Shown here in pieces: positions 28,083 to 37,991 of a stretch of DNA of 64,000 bases (its first letter is position 1; each line of letters begins with the position of its first letter). The stretch lies in assembly GCA_002709085.1 (NCBI GenBank), contig PAPR01000078.1, positions 2,301-66,300 on the forward strand. Direction: 5' to 3'. This DNA is from Pseudooceanicola sp. GTDB lineage: Bacteria; Pseudomonadota; Alphaproteobacteria; Rhodobacterales; Rhodobacteraceae. The translations under genes were made by a program, and so were the position numbers. Below the pieces are notes generated by a model. The model was not told the DNA's origin. It worked only from the letters and a program-made list of their open reading frames with translations, and did not search any database.

Positions 28083-30051
28083 CCCGGCGCCTTGGGCGGC
28101 CGCACACCGGATTTATCCAGAAACCGCCGGCATTCCCGGCCCCCGGGACCCGGGGCTGACGCCTTACATGATCCCATGGTCCGCAGCCGTGCATCGCGGC
28201 GGCTATCGCCGGGTGGTGGCGGTGACCTCGGCGCAGTCGGGCAAAACCGACAGCATGCTGGATATCATCGGGGCGCGGCTCGACCAGCGACCGGCGCCAA
28301 TCCTCTATGTGGGGCCGACAAAGGAGTTCCTGACCGACCAGTTCGAACCGCGGCTGATGGCGCTTCTCGATGAGGCCGACACGCTGGCGAACAAGGTGGT
28401 GCGCGGCCGCCGGATGAAGAAGACGCTGAAGCATGTGGCTGGTGTCCGACTACGATTGGCGCATGCGGGCTCCTCCACAGCCCTGAAATCCGATCCCGCA
28501 GCCTTGGCGCTGATCGACGAATACGACGAGATGATGGCCAATGTGAAAGGCCAAGGGGATGTTCTGGGCCTCGTCGAGGCGCGGGGCGAAACCTATGCCG
28601 ATTTTGTGACGGCTATCACCAGCACACCGGCGCGAGGTCTCGTGGAAATCGAACCGGATGACACGAGTGGCCTTGAGTTCTGGGCGCGGTCGGCGCCGGA
28701 CGATCTCGAAAGCCCGATTTGGAAGCTCTGGCAGGAGGGCACGCGGCATCACTGGGCCTGGCCGTGTCGGCATTGCCAAGAGTTTTTCATCCCGCGGTTC
28801 AAGCAGCTGCGCTGGCCGGAACGCGCGACACCTGCGCAGGCCAAACAGGCCGCAACGCTCGAATGTCCGCGCTGCGGCGGCCAGCATTCGGAGGCCGATA
28901 AGGTTTGGATGAACGCGCGCGGCGCGATGTTGGCGCCGGGGCAGACCATCACGCTGAAGGAAGACGCGCCCCATGTCACGGGCGCGCCCGCCGAAAGCTC
29001 GACGCTGTCGATGTGGACATCTGGGCTCTGCTCGCCCTTCGTCACCTGGGGCCAGCGGGCGGAAACCTATCTGACCGCGCTGCAGTCTGGAGATCACGAC
29101 CGCATCCAGACCGCGATGAATGCGGGCTTTGGCGAATGCTACGCCATGACCGCCTCTGGCGATGTGCCCGATTGGCAAGAAATCATGGAGCGCCGCCAGC
29201 CTTACCGGCCGGGAGACGTTCCCTCCGGGGGTTTGCGCCTCGTCATGGGCGTCGACGTCCAGAAGTTCAGCCTGGTTTATGTGATCCGGGCCTTCGGGGC
29301 GCGAGGCACGTCCTGGCTCATCGACAATGGCCAGCTTTACGGGCCCACAGAAGACGATGATGTCTGGTCAGCGCTCGCGGATCTGATGCTGACGCCGGTG
29401 GGCGGCATGCAGATCGAGAAGGTGTTTGTGGATTCAGGCTTCCGGCCGGACAAGCCGGAACTCGGGAATGAGCACAAGGTTTATGAATTCTGCCGTCGCT
29501 ACAGCTGGCTCTGCGCGCCGACGAAGGGGAAGGACGTCCAGAGCCCGCCCTATCGGGTGTCCAAGATCGAGGTGAAGCCGGACGGCAAGAAGGCGCTCTA
29601 TTCGATCGATCTGGTCACACTCTCGACCGACTTTTTTAAATCGCTGGTGATGTCGCGGATCCGCACGCCGGCCGATCAGCCGGGGGCGTTTCATGTCCAT
29701 GAGGCTGTGTCGGAGGATTACTGCAAGCAGCTGACCTCGGAGGCGCGGGTCGTGGTCGAGGGCAAGCCTGTCTGGGTGAAACGCTCGCGCAACAACCACT
29801 TTCTGGATTGCGAGGCGCTCTGCGCGGCCATTGGCTACACGCTGAACGTCCAGCGGATCCCGGAAGGGATCGAACGCAAAACCTCAATCGAGGCAGCAGT
29901 GCCCGATGGGCATGACCCAACCCAGGTGAGCGCGCTAGAGCCTGATACATCAAAGGCGCCGCCGCCGGTATCGCGCTCCTCCCCAGGACGCGGCGGCAGC
30001 GGCGCTCTGCGCGGGCGGTTTGCCCGCCATGGCAGCAGGCTGAATGGATAA
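27988..30051 (+). CDS. Terminase large subunit (lambda GpA family)
   Basis: TPYM, AQSGKT, IDEYD, STP, CxxC, GVDVQ, DSG, NHFLDCE; start approximate. Confidence 0.95.
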   Translation: MARLNVLQWRPIKQAQLWSLAAAIWRPSEKRDPAPWAAAHRIYPETAGIPGPRDPGLTPYMIPWSAAVHRGGYRRVVAVTSAQSGKTDSMLDIIGARLDQRPAPILYVGPTKEFLTDQFEPRLMALLDEADTLANKVVRGRRMKKTLKHVAGVRLRLAHAGSSTALKSDPAALALIDEYDEMMANVKGQGDVLGLVEARGETYADFVTAITSTPARGLVEIEPDDTSGLEFWARSAPDDLESPIWKLWQEGTRHHWAWPCRHCQEFFIPRFKQLRWPERATPAQAKQAATLECPRCGGQHSEADKVWMNARGAMLAPGQTITLKEDAPHVTGAPAESSTLSMWTSGLCSPFVTWGQRAETYLTALQSGDHDRIQTAMNAGFGECYAMTASGDVPDWQEIMERRQPYRPGDVPSGGLRLVMGVDVQKFSLVYVIRAFGARGTSWLIDNGQLYGPTEDDDVWSALADLMLTPVGGMQIEKVFVDSGFRPDKPELGNEHKVYEFCRRYSWLCAPTKGKDVQSPPYRVSKIEVKPDGKKALYSIDLVTLSTDFFKSLVMSRIRTPADQPGAFHVHEAVSEDYCKQLTSEARVVVEGKPVWVKRSRNNHFLDCEALCAAIGYTLNVQRIPEGIERKTSIEAAVPDGHDPTQVSALEPDTSKAPPPVSRSSPGRGGSGALRGRFARHGSRLNG

Positions 30052-30056
30052 CGCAC

Positions 30057-31667
30057 ATGTCCGTGATCGCAAAGTTGAAAGATCTGCTGACTGAGGCACT
30101 GCCTCCGGCGGCGGGGCCGGAGGGGATGAGCCTCCCCAGACCCGCCGGCAAATACATGCGTGGCGGGCGGGGCGTGACCTTTGCCGGTTGGAAACCAGCC
30201 CTGCGGGAAGCTCAAGACGATATCGGTGACGCCTGGGATGATGCCGCCGCGCGGGTCAATGACCTTCTGCACAACAGCGGCTGGCTGGCCGGCGCGCTGG
30301 AACAATGCGTCGCCAATACCGTGGGCACGGGGCTGCAGCTGAAGGCGCTGCCGGAGAACGAGACCTTTGGCATGACACCAGCCCAAGCCTCGGATTGGGC
30401 CAAGACGGTGGAACGCCGGTTCGAGCTTTGGGCGTGCAACGCCCAGGAATGCGACATTCAGGGTTTGAGGACCTTTGGGCAGATGCAGGCGGCGGCGTTC
30501 CGCTCCTGGCTTGTCACAGGCGAAATCCTTGCCGAACTGCCCTGGCGCAAGCGGCCTTGGAATCGATACGGCACCAAGGTGCGGCTGCTGCCGCCACATC
30601 GCCTGTCGCGCAAGACCGAAAGCATGCGGCGACTGATCAACGGGGTCTACACGGATGCCGATGGCATGCCCGTGGGGTACCGCGCGATCCGCAAGGATCT
30701 GTTTCGTCATGATGCCGAATATGACGTGCGTGCGCGGGACCGTGCGGGACGCCCGCGGGTGATCCACATCTTCGAGGGCGCGCCCGGCACACATCGGGGC
30801 ATCTCGCCGCTCGTTCCGGCACTGCAGGTGGCGCGTCAGTTCGACCAGTTGGCCGATGCCACGCTGATGGCAGCAATCGTGCAGACGCTCTTTGCGGTGA
30901 CGATCACGTCCGATGAGCCAACGGAACAGGTTCTGCAGGGGCTGCTGACGCCCCAGGAACAGGCGCAGATGTCGGCGCAGGGTATCTCGCCGATGGAGGC
31001 CTATATCGAGATGGTCGCGGGCTATTATGACGGCAGCACGCTGGATGTGGGCATCAACGGTCGCTTGGCCCACCTCTTTCCGGGCCAGGAGCTAAAGTTC
31101 CACACAAGCAACCATCCGTCATCAGAGTACGCGGCGTTTTCCATGCATCTCTTGCGCGAACTCGCGCGGTGCCTGGGGCTGACCTATGAGAGCGCCACAG
31201 GCGACAACGTGGGGGCAACCTATTCGTCGCTGCAAGCCGCGACGACAGAAATCTTCGCGATCACCAAGGCGCGGCGGCGCAACATCATGGCGCCGTTTTG
31301 CCAGCCGATCTACGAGGCCTGGCTGGAAGAAGAGATCGAGGCGGGCGGCTTGCCGTTTCCCGGTGGCATTGCCGGGTTCCTGGCCAATCGCACGGCGGCG
31401 TGCCGGGCGGAATGGCGGGGCGATCCACGGCCCCAAGCCGATGATCTCAAGAAGGCCAAGGCCCATGAGGTCTGGAAACGGCTCGGTGTCATGTCGGATG
31501 CGATGATCTGCACCGACCTCGGGGCGGATGTGGACGATGTTTACCAGCAGCTGGCGCAGGAACAGGCACTGCGGGCCGAATACGGTCTGCCTGAACCGCA
31601 GATCATGGGCGCGCAGGGCGGTGGGCCGAGTTCCGCAGGCGACACAAGCGACGAGGCCGAGGAATGA
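30057..31667 (+). CDS. Portal protein (lambda family)
   Basis: VGTGL, RGISPL, GLTYESATGD...YSS, QPIYEAWLEE. Confidence 0.92.
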   Translation: MSVIAKLKDLLTEALPPAAGPEGMSLPRPAGKYMRGGRGVTFAGWKPALREAQDDIGDAWDDAAARVNDLLHNSGWLAGALEQCVANTVGTGLQLKALPENETFGMTPAQASDWAKTVERRFELWACNAQECDIQGLRTFGQMQAAAFRSWLVTGEILAELPWRKRPWNRYGTKVRLLPPHRLSRKTESMRRLINGVYTDADGMPVGYRAIRKDLFRHDAEYDVRARDRAGRPRVIHIFEGAPGTHRGISPLVPALQVARQFDQLADATLMAAIVQTLFAVTITSDEPTEQVLQGLLTPQEQAQMSAQGISPMEAYIEMVAGYYDGSTLDVGINGRLAHLFPGQELKFHTSNHPSSEYAAFSMHLLRELARCLGLTYESATGDNVGATYSSLQAATTEIFAITKARRRNIMAPFCQPIYEAWLEEEIEAGGLPFPGGIAGFLANRTAACRAEWRGDPRPQADDLKKAKAHEVWKRLGVMSDAMICTDLGADVDDVYQQLAQEQALRAEYGLPEPQIMGAQGGGPSSAGDTSDEAEE

Positions 31668-31924
31668 CGATCAGCATCAATGAGGCGGATCCCTGCGCCG
31701 CCGCTGCCAGCCTGCGGCAGGTCTATGTTCGGCTTGTGGCAGGTGAAGGGGCTATGGAGGTGCGGTTTCGGGCGGGATCAAACGGGGTGGAACGCTCAGT
31801 CACCTACCACCGGGCGCATCCTGATCGGCTTTTAGCCGTCATTCGCGGCTTTGAGGAACAATGCGCCCAGCTGCAGGGGCACGGCCCGCGGCGCTTTGCG
31901 CTTGGAACAGGAGGGGTGAGGTGA
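31664..31924 (+). CDS. Head-tail joining protein (gpW-like)
   Basis: Small ORF between portal and protease; ERSVTY. Confidence 0.6.
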   Translation: MTISINEADPCAAAASLRQVYVRLVAGEGAMEVRFRAGSNGVERSVTYHRAHPDRLLAVIRGFEEQCAQLQGHGPRRFALGTGGVR

Positions 31925-33258
31925 CGGAACCGCCCGATATAACACGACCAGCGGCCGGCCCGTCTCTCGCGCAGATTGCGGGACGCGTTCTGAACCGGCC
32001 GCTGCTTCTGCACCCAGACAAGGCCGATCTCATCCTGCATGTGCTGCAGGGACGGATTGGCATTGAACCACTGCAAGTCATCACGCCCGAGACCAACCGG
32101 TTCGTCGGCACATACCGCCGCGACAATGGCAGTGTTGGATCCACGCGCGTGAAAAACGGTGTCGCCATCCTGCCGATTGTCGGCAGCCTGGTGAACCGCG
32201 GTGCCTGGATCGGGGCTAGTTCGGGGCTCGTGTCCTATGAGGGGGTCGCGGCGCAGCTACGCGAGGCGGAAGCCGACCCGGATGTGCGGGCGATCCTGCT
32301 CGACATCGACAGCCCGGGCGGCGAGGCCACGGGCATGTTTGCCACGGCCAAGCTGGTCAGTGCGGTCAACAAGACCAAACCTGTGGTGGCGTTTGTCAAC
32401 GATGTGGCGGCCTCTGCTGCTTATGGCATCGCCAGTGCGGCCTCGGAAATCATCGTCTCGCCCACCTCGATGGTGGGATCGATTGGCGTCGTGCTGACCC
32501 ACCTCGATCGCTCGGGCGAGTTGGAGGACCGTGGCGTGAAGCCCACGCTTATCCATGCCGGGGCGCACAAGGTCGACGGCCACCCGTTTGGTCCGCTGTC
32601 AGATGCGGTCCGTGCCGATCTGCAGGCCGAGGTTATGAAAATCTACGACCAGTTCGTTGGTCTCGTCGCTGAAGGCCGTGCCGGTCGGATCAGTTCTGAG
32701 GCCATTCGGGCGACAGAAGCTCGCACCTATCTTGGCGCTGACGCCATCGCCCAGGGCCTCGCTGATCGCGTGGCGAGCCTTGAGGAGGTGATCGCCGCGC
32801 TGTCGCAACCGCCCTCCGGGGCAAGCCCCCAGAGAAAGGGAGGACCCATGACCAAAACACCCCAAGCCGAGGCGCCCGCGACGGACGTCTCTGCCATCAG
32901 CTCCACTGATCTGCAGGCGGCTGTCAATGCTGCCCGGACGGAAGCCCATGCGGCAGGCGCCACTGCCGGCAAGACGGAGGCCACAGCGCGCATCAAATCC
33001 ATTCTGAGGGCGCCGGAAACGGAAGGTCGGGAGGCGCAGGCCTTGGTGTTGGCGCTTGAAACTGACATGACGGCGGCCGACGCGGCCAAGGTGCTCGCAG
33101 CCTCGCCGAAAGCCAACATATCCGCCTCCATCGCCGACCGAGCCGCCCATGAGGCCGAACTCGGGGCCGAAACCCCGGCCGATCATCGCAATCGATCTGA
33201 ACGCAACGCGGCCGGGTGGGCGAAAGCCATCACCCAGGCCAATGCGCGCTTCAGCTGA
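31921..33258 (+). CDS. S49 prohead protease with probable nested scaffold
   Basis: DIDSPGGE, AASAAY, GSIGV, GLAD; internal in-frame GGAGG-ATG at 32848. Confidence 0.9.
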   Translation: MTEPPDITRPAAGPSLAQIAGRVLNRPLLLHPDKADLILHVLQGRIGIEPLQVITPETNRFVGTYRRDNGSVGSTRVKNGVAILPIVGSLVNRGAWIGASSGLVSYEGVAAQLREAEADPDVRAILLDIDSPGGEATGMFATAKLVSAVNKTKPVVAFVNDVAASAAYGIASAASEIIVSPTSMVGSIGVVLTHLDRSGELEDRGVKPTLIHAGAHKVDGHPFGPLSDAVRADLQAEVMKIYDQFVGLVAEGRAGRISSEAIRATEARTYLGADAIAQGLADRVASLEEVIAALSQPPSGASPQRKGGPMTKTPQAEAPATDVSAISSTDLQAAVNAARTEAHAAGATAGKTEATARIKSILRAPETEGREAQALVLALETDMTAADAAKVLAASPKANISASIADRAAHEAELGAETPADHRNRSERNAAGWAKAITQANARFS

Positions 33259-33274
33259 ATAGGAGAGACCGTCC

Positions 33275-33646
33275 ATGACCGTTCTCATTGAAGGCCGGCA
33301 TCCCGGCGAATTCCTGATGACCGAGGCTAATGGTCAGCGCTCGCGGGAAAAGATCACTATGGCCAGCGGTGCGGGCATCATCGCCCCGGGCACCGTGCTT
33401 GGCAAAATCACCACCAGCGGCAAATATCTGGCGAGTGCTGTGGGTGCGACCGATGGCAGTCAGACTGCCGTGGCGATCGCGCTCTATGGCTGCGATGCCA
33501 CGGCCAGTGATGTTGGCATTGCCGCCATCACTCGCGATGCTGAGGTCAGTGGCAAGATCCTGACCTACCATCCCGATCGCGATCAGGCGGCAGAAAAGAC
33601 CGCGGCCCAAGCTGACTTGGCGGCCGTTGGCATTATCGTGCGGTAA
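33275..33646 (+). CDS. Head decoration protein (gpD/HDPD-like)
   Basis: GTVLGKIT...DGSQTAVAI...GIIVR; directly before the major capsid gene. Confidence 0.85.
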   Translation: MTVLIEGRHPGEFLMTEANGQRSREKITMASGAGIIAPGTVLGKITTSGKYLASAVGATDGSQTAVAIALYGCDATASDVGIAAITRDAEVSGKILTYHPDRDQAAEKTAAQADLAAVGIIVR

Positions 33647-33763
33647 CCACCGCCACCTGCACCCAACCCTCACATCTTGAAATCTGATCTCCTGCGCCCT
33701 CGGGCCGCGGGGTGATCTTGCGCGACCAGTTACTGGCGCGCCGACGCAATAGAAGGACCTCCC

Positions 33764-34795
33764 ATGTCGATCCTCAACATCTTCAGTCAGGACGCCTTCA
33801 GCGTCATGCGCCTCACGGACGCGCTTCGTGAGATCAAATACACCCCGTCCCGCATCGGCCAGATGGGGCTCTTCCAGACCACCAGCATCGATACGCTCGA
33901 CATCGCAATCGAGAAGGACAAAGAGCAAAACCGCATGCTGGTCTCGGCCAGCCCGCGTGGTGGGCCGGGCCAAACCTTCGACAAATCGAAACGCGCCGTG
34001 CGCATGCTGAAGGTCCCGCATTTCCAAGTGGACGATGCGATCTACGCCGACGAGGTACAGCAGGTTCGCGCCTTCGGCCAGGAGGTCGCCGTCGAACGGC
34101 TACAGCAGAAAATCGCAGACCGCGCAGCCGAGGCGAGCCAGTTCTTCGCATTGACCGAGGAATATCACCGGCTGAACATTCTCAAGACCGGCCAGTTGCT
34201 CGATGCTGATGGCTCGGTTCTGTTCGATTACTTCACCGAGTTTGGCGAAAGCCAGCAGGCCGTCGTGGACTTCGACCTCGACAATGCAAGCGCCGCCGAT
34301 GGAGCGCTCCGCAAGAAATGCGCCGGCGTCATCCGCCAGATGGCGGGCATCCTCGACGGTCTGCCTTATACGGGCATCATGGCGCTTTGTGGCGATGCGT
34401 TCTTCGACGATCTCATCGCCCACCAAGAGGTGCGTGAGACCTATAAGGGGTATGCAGACGCAGCCTCGCTGCGAAACGCCTATATCAACTCGGGCAATTC
34501 CGGCATCTACGGCGCCTTCGAGTTCGGCGGCATCACCTGGATGAACTATCGCGGTGGGCAAAACGTCGGCATCGACACCGACAAGTGCCATCTTGTGCCC
34601 TCGGGCGTGCCTGGGCTCTTCCGCACGGTCTACGCTCCGGCAGACTACATCGAGACGGTCAATACGCCGGGCCAGCGCCTCTACGGCAAGCAGTGGGAAA
34701 TGCAGAACGGCAAGGGCGTGAACCTAGAGTTCCAGATGAACGCGCTGCATTACTGCACGCGCCCGCGGGTGCTGATCCCCGGTAAGCGGACATAA
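33764..34795 (+). CDS. Major capsid protein (lambda gpE-like)
   Basis: RGGPG, TEEYHRL, DYFTEFG, FGGITW, APAD...VNTPG, CTRP. Confidence 0.92.
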   Translation: MSILNIFSQDAFSVMRLTDALREIKYTPSRIGQMGLFQTTSIDTLDIAIEKDKEQNRMLVSASPRGGPGQTFDKSKRAVRMLKVPHFQVDDAIYADEVQQVRAFGQEVAVERLQQKIADRAAEASQFFALTEEYHRLNILKTGQLLDADGSVLFDYFTEFGESQQAVVDFDLDNASAADGALRKKCAGVIRQMAGILDGLPYTGIMALCGDAFFDDLIAHQEVRETYKGYADAASLRNAYINSGNSGIYGAFEFGGITWMNYRGGQNVGIDTDKCHLVPSGVPGLFRTVYAPADYIETVNTPGQRLYGKQWEMQNGKGVNLEFQMNALHYCTRPRVLIPGKRT

Positions 34796-34798
34796 ATA

Positions 34799-35170
34799 TT
34801 AGGCTGCTTCGAGATGATAGGGGCGGATAAGGCAATCAGATGGAATACCCCAATCTTCGTGCAACTTGTGGATCATATCGACGGTCAAGGCGCGTCGCTT
34901 TTTGAGAATCTCAGACGCACGGGGGGCTGATCCAAAAAGGTCACCAAGGTCCTTTTGGGTGCGGCCGGTTGCGTCCATGTGTGCCTTGATAACATCGACA
35001 GGTTCAGCAGCTGAAATAGGGAAGTGCTTTTCTTCGTAATGCTCGACCAGGTCGACAAGTATATCGAGCAGATCGCCCTCATCAGTATCAGGGGCGGCAT
35101 CCCAGAGTTCTTCAATAAGTGCGAGTGCCTTCCTGTGATCACTCGCGTTCCTGATAGGTTTGAGTTGCAT
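34799..35170 (-). CDS. higA: HigA antitoxin (XRE HTH)
   Basis: YEEKHFPI...TQKDLGDLFGSAPRASEIL..RRALT. Confidence 0.88.
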   Translation of the reverse strand: MQLKPIRNASDHRKALALIEELWDAAPDTDEGDLLDILVDLVEHYEEKHFPISAAEPVDVIKAHMDATGRTQKDLGDLFGSAPRASEILKKRRALTVDMIHKLHEDWGIPSDCLIRPYHLEAA

Positions 35171-35193
35171 GTGTGGGGCTTTCAGAAGTTTGG

Positions 35194-35496
35194 TTAATAT
35201 TGTGATACGGTCAGGGCGTCGATCTTGTCATACTCAGCGTGGGTTCCTACGAACTTGATAAAGGCAATCTGTCTTGGAAAGTTGAACGCCGCTATGAGGC
35301 GGTAGTTGCCACCTTGAATTTCAAAGCGGGCACGTTCTGCATTCAAGACTTTTGCCTTGGAAAAGGCCGCCTGTACGTCTGCCAATGCGTTCCACTCAGC
35401 CGCCTTCGCTATTCGGTACCAATGTTCAAGCGCCGGTTTGGAGCTTGGATGAGCATCAGCGAAAGCTGTCAGTGTTTGTCTTGCAATGATCCGCAT
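35194..35496 (-). CDS. higB: HigB toxin
   Basis: MRIIA...FEIQGGNYRLI...FVGTHAEYDKI; toxin-first order. Confidence 0.9.
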   Translation of the reverse strand: MRIIARQTLTAFADAHPSSKPALEHWYRIAKAAEWNALADVQAAFSKAKVLNAERARFEIQGGNYRLIAAFNFPRQIAFIKFVGTHAEYDKIDALTVSQY

Positions 35497-35505
35497 AGGC
35501 GCCCC

Positions 35506-35568
35506 TTCCCATATTGGGAAAGTAGCAGCGTGTCAGACTTGTGTCAACAGAAATTCCCAATACGGGAA
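35506..35568 (-). promoter_or_regulatory. higBA promoter with two TTCCC-N5-GGGAA operators
   Basis: Palindromes at 35506-35520 and 35554-35568 flank minus-strand TTGACA-17-TACTTT. Confidence 0.75.
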
Positions 35569-35601
35569 GATGCGCAAATATCGTCCGAAAACGGAGGCAT
35601 C

Positions 35602-36015
35602 ATGTCTCTTTTCAATGACTTGGATGCGCACACCAGCGCAGCAGTCAAGGCGGTCTTCGCCGAACCGGCCCTTTTGCGCCCTCGCATGTCCACGCAATAC
35701 ACTGAACCCAGCACCGACCCTGATCGCGCAGCGACAGCGACCTACGGCATATTCTCGTCTGGCCCCGCGCGGCAGGACCTCCGGGGCCAGGCACAGGGCG
35801 TGCAAATGACGGGCATGACCAAGCTGTCGACCGCCGCTGCTGAGTTCTGGATTGGCAAGGCACAGGTGGAGGAACTGACAGCGCTGCCTGCCAAGGGGGA
35901 TGCGATCACGCTGATCGACCGCGCGGGGCGCCCAGTCTACGCAATCAGCGCGGTCCATCACACTGACATGGGCGATCTGACCCTGATCCTTGTCCGAGAG
36001 GATGACCTTTCATGA
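35602..36015 (+). CDS. Head-tail connector-like protein
   Basis: GGAGG RBS; position after capsid; PAKGDAITL. Confidence 0.6.
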   Translation: MSLFNDLDAHTSAAVKAVFAEPALLRPRMSTQYTEPSTDPDRAATATYGIFSSGPARQDLRGQAQGVQMTGMTKLSTAAAEFWIGKAQVEELTALPAKGDAITLIDRAGRPVYAISAVHHTDMGDLTLILVREDDLS

Positions 36016-36794
36016 GCTTGACGCGCCTTGTCATGCGCCTCGCCGCCGCCCGTGCGCTGCGGGACCGAACGCTGGCCGGGCCACGAGTGTTCGACAGCGC
36101 GGTCGACCCAATTGATCAGACCATCGCCGAAAACCGCCAACCGCTTCTGGTGCTGACCACCGATGAGCACGCCCTCGACGTGACTGGCCGCGATCTGGGA
36201 AGCGGTGCCCATCGCTGTGATTTGGTGATCGAGATCGCCATCGCCTCTCGCGTCGAACTGCCCGCCTCTGATGGCGACGGCGGCCAGATCAGTATCGCAA
36301 TTCCGCATACGGACGAAGGGATGGAGCTGACGCTCGACATCATGGAGCACCAAGTGACGAGAGCGCTGACCCGCAATGATAATGCCTGGTCGCGCGTCTG
36401 GATGAAACTTGTGCCGCGGGTGACCCGGCGGCTTTCACGTCGCGGGGCGTCCTCGGAAAACGGCGTGCGCTTCGCGGCCCGGCAGCTGGTGCTGACCTCC
36501 GATCTGGTGGACACGCCAGTGTCGGGTGACACAATCGCGCCAAACAGCGCCTGGGGGGAGGCGTTGGCTCTGATGGAGGCCGATCCCATACTGGCCAATA
36601 TCGCAAACCTGCTGCGCACGGAGCTTGATGGCTCAGCCCTTACCGATTGGCGCCGGGCTGCGGAAGCGCTTGGCCTCCCTCTGGAGGTGGCCAACCATAT
36701 CGGCATCGGGCCAATCGCGGATCTTGACGCGGACCCACAACCGCTTTCGGATGTCACGTTTGCGGATTTCGACCTTGCGCAGCCAGGATCGTAG
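36012..36794 (+). CDS. Tail completion/neck protein (putative)
   Basis: TLAGPRVFDS; coupled within the structural operon. Confidence 0.6.
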   Translation: MSLTRLVMRLAAARALRDRTLAGPRVFDSAVDPIDQTIAENRQPLLVLTTDEHALDVTGRDLGSGAHRCDLVIEIAIASRVELPASDGDGGQISIAIPHTDEGMELTLDIMEHQVTRALTRNDNAWSRVWMKLVPRVTRRLSRRGASSENGVRFAARQLVLTSDLVDTPVSGDTIAPNSAWGEALALMEADPILANIANLLRTELDGSALTDWRRAAEALGLPLEVANHIGIGPIADLDADPQPLSDVTFADFDLAQPGS

Positions 36795-36796
36795 CC

Positions 36797-37309
36797 ATGG
36801 CGATCCGCGAAATCGTCGAGCTTGTCGCACGCGTCACCGATCTGGAGCGCCGTGTTGCGGGCGTCATGCGCCACGGCACGGTGGCGGAGGTTGATCCTGG
36901 ACGCCAGCGCATGCGTCTGGATTTTGGGCCGGCGCATGGGGGGCAGGGCCGGTTCCTGTCACCCTGGCTGCCCTATGCCCAGTTCTCAAGTGCTTTGCGC
37001 GTGCACACGCCACCGTCGGTTGGGCAGCAGTTTACGGTGATGTCACCGTCTGGGGATTTCCAACAGGCGGTGGCGGTGCCGCTGACCCATCACGCGGGCA
37101 ATCCCAGCCCGTCGACCGCGGGGGATGAGAATGTCATCACCTATGGCAATGTCCGCATGACGCTCGCAGATGATCTGGTGCATGTCGATGTGGGCGGGTC
37201 GCTCCTGAAGATGACAGCGGCCGAGATCACCCTTTCGACCAATGGCAGCAGCATCGTGCTGAACGCAGACGGCGTCACCATCAACGGTGCCCGGATTGAT
37301 CTGAACTGA
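36797..37309 (+). CDS. Baseplate spike protein (P2 gpV-like)
   Basis: RHGTVAEVD...SPWLP...PSVGQQ. Confidence 0.85.
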   Translation: MAIREIVELVARVTDLERRVAGVMRHGTVAEVDPGRQRMRLDFGPAHGGQGRFLSPWLPYAQFSSALRVHTPPSVGQQFTVMSPSGDFQQAVAVPLTHHAGNPSPSTAGDENVITYGNVRMTLADDLVHVDVGGSLLKMTAAEITLSTNGSSIVLNADGVTINGARIDLN

Positions 37310-37325
37310 CCCAAAAGGAAACCCC

Positions 37326-37619
37326 ATGCCAGCTGTCACCCGCCGCGGCGACGCCTGCACCGGGCATGGGTGCTGGCCGCCCCGACTGAGCACCGGCGGC
37401 AGTCCGGATGTCTTTGCCAACGGCATCGCGGTCCACCGCCAGAGAGACACATGGGCTGCGCATACCTGTCCGGCGATCCCACAGACCCATGCCAGCGTGC
37501 TGGCTTCCGGGTCTGCGACGGTCTTTGCCAATGGGCGTCAGCTTGGGCGGATTGGCGATCCTGTGGCCTGTGGATCCTCCGTGGCTGCCGGATCACCAGA
37601 CGTGTTTGCCGGGGAATAA
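37326..37619 (+). CDS. PAAR-domain spike tip protein
   Basis: MPAVTRRGD..TGH...GSPDVFANG...GSATVFANG...RIGD..CG. Confidence 0.92.
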   Translation: MPAVTRRGDACTGHGCWPPRLSTGGSPDVFANGIAVHRQRDTWAAHTCPAIPQTHASVLASGSATVFANGRQLGRIGDPVACGSSVAAGSPDVFAGE

Positions 37620-37629
37620 GGTGCGCCGG

Positions 37630-37657
37630 TTTCAAGGTTGGAGCCGCCAACCTTGAA
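37630..37657. promoter_or_regulatory. Perfect palindrome TTCAAGGTTGG-N5-CCAACCTTGAA
   Basis: 11-bp arms; nearly identical to 10323-10351. Confidence 0.6.
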
Positions 37658-37702
37658 CGCGCTCCTGGCTGTAAGGCGCGACATGCAGGAAAGGACATCG
37701 GA

Positions 37703-37963
37703 ATGAACCGATACGCGATCACCGAGAAAGCTGGCCGCTTTGTTGCCGGCCAGACGAATACTGGCGTTGGCACTGTGCTGACCCTGACCGACAGGCAGGC
37801 CGAGCATGAGCTGCGCTTGGGCACGCTGCGTCGGCTGAATGTGCCTGACGCCGAGTCCGAGACCGGCAAGACTGCACCCGCCAGCAAGGCGAGGAAAGGT
37901 GCCAAGAGCGACCCCAAGCCAGCTGCGGTTGAGGACGCTGGCGAAGGTGCTGGTGACGAATAA
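37703..37963 (+). CDS. Small phage structural-region protein
   Basis: AAGGA RBS; MNRYAITEKAGRFVAG. Confidence 0.65.
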   Translation: MNRYAITEKAGRFVAGQTNTGVGTVLTLTDRQAEHELRLGTLRRLNVPDAESETGKTAPASKARKGAKSDPKPAAVEDAGEGAGDE

Positions 37964-37991
37964 GGGCCAGGGAGCCAGGGAGGGCTGAGTG

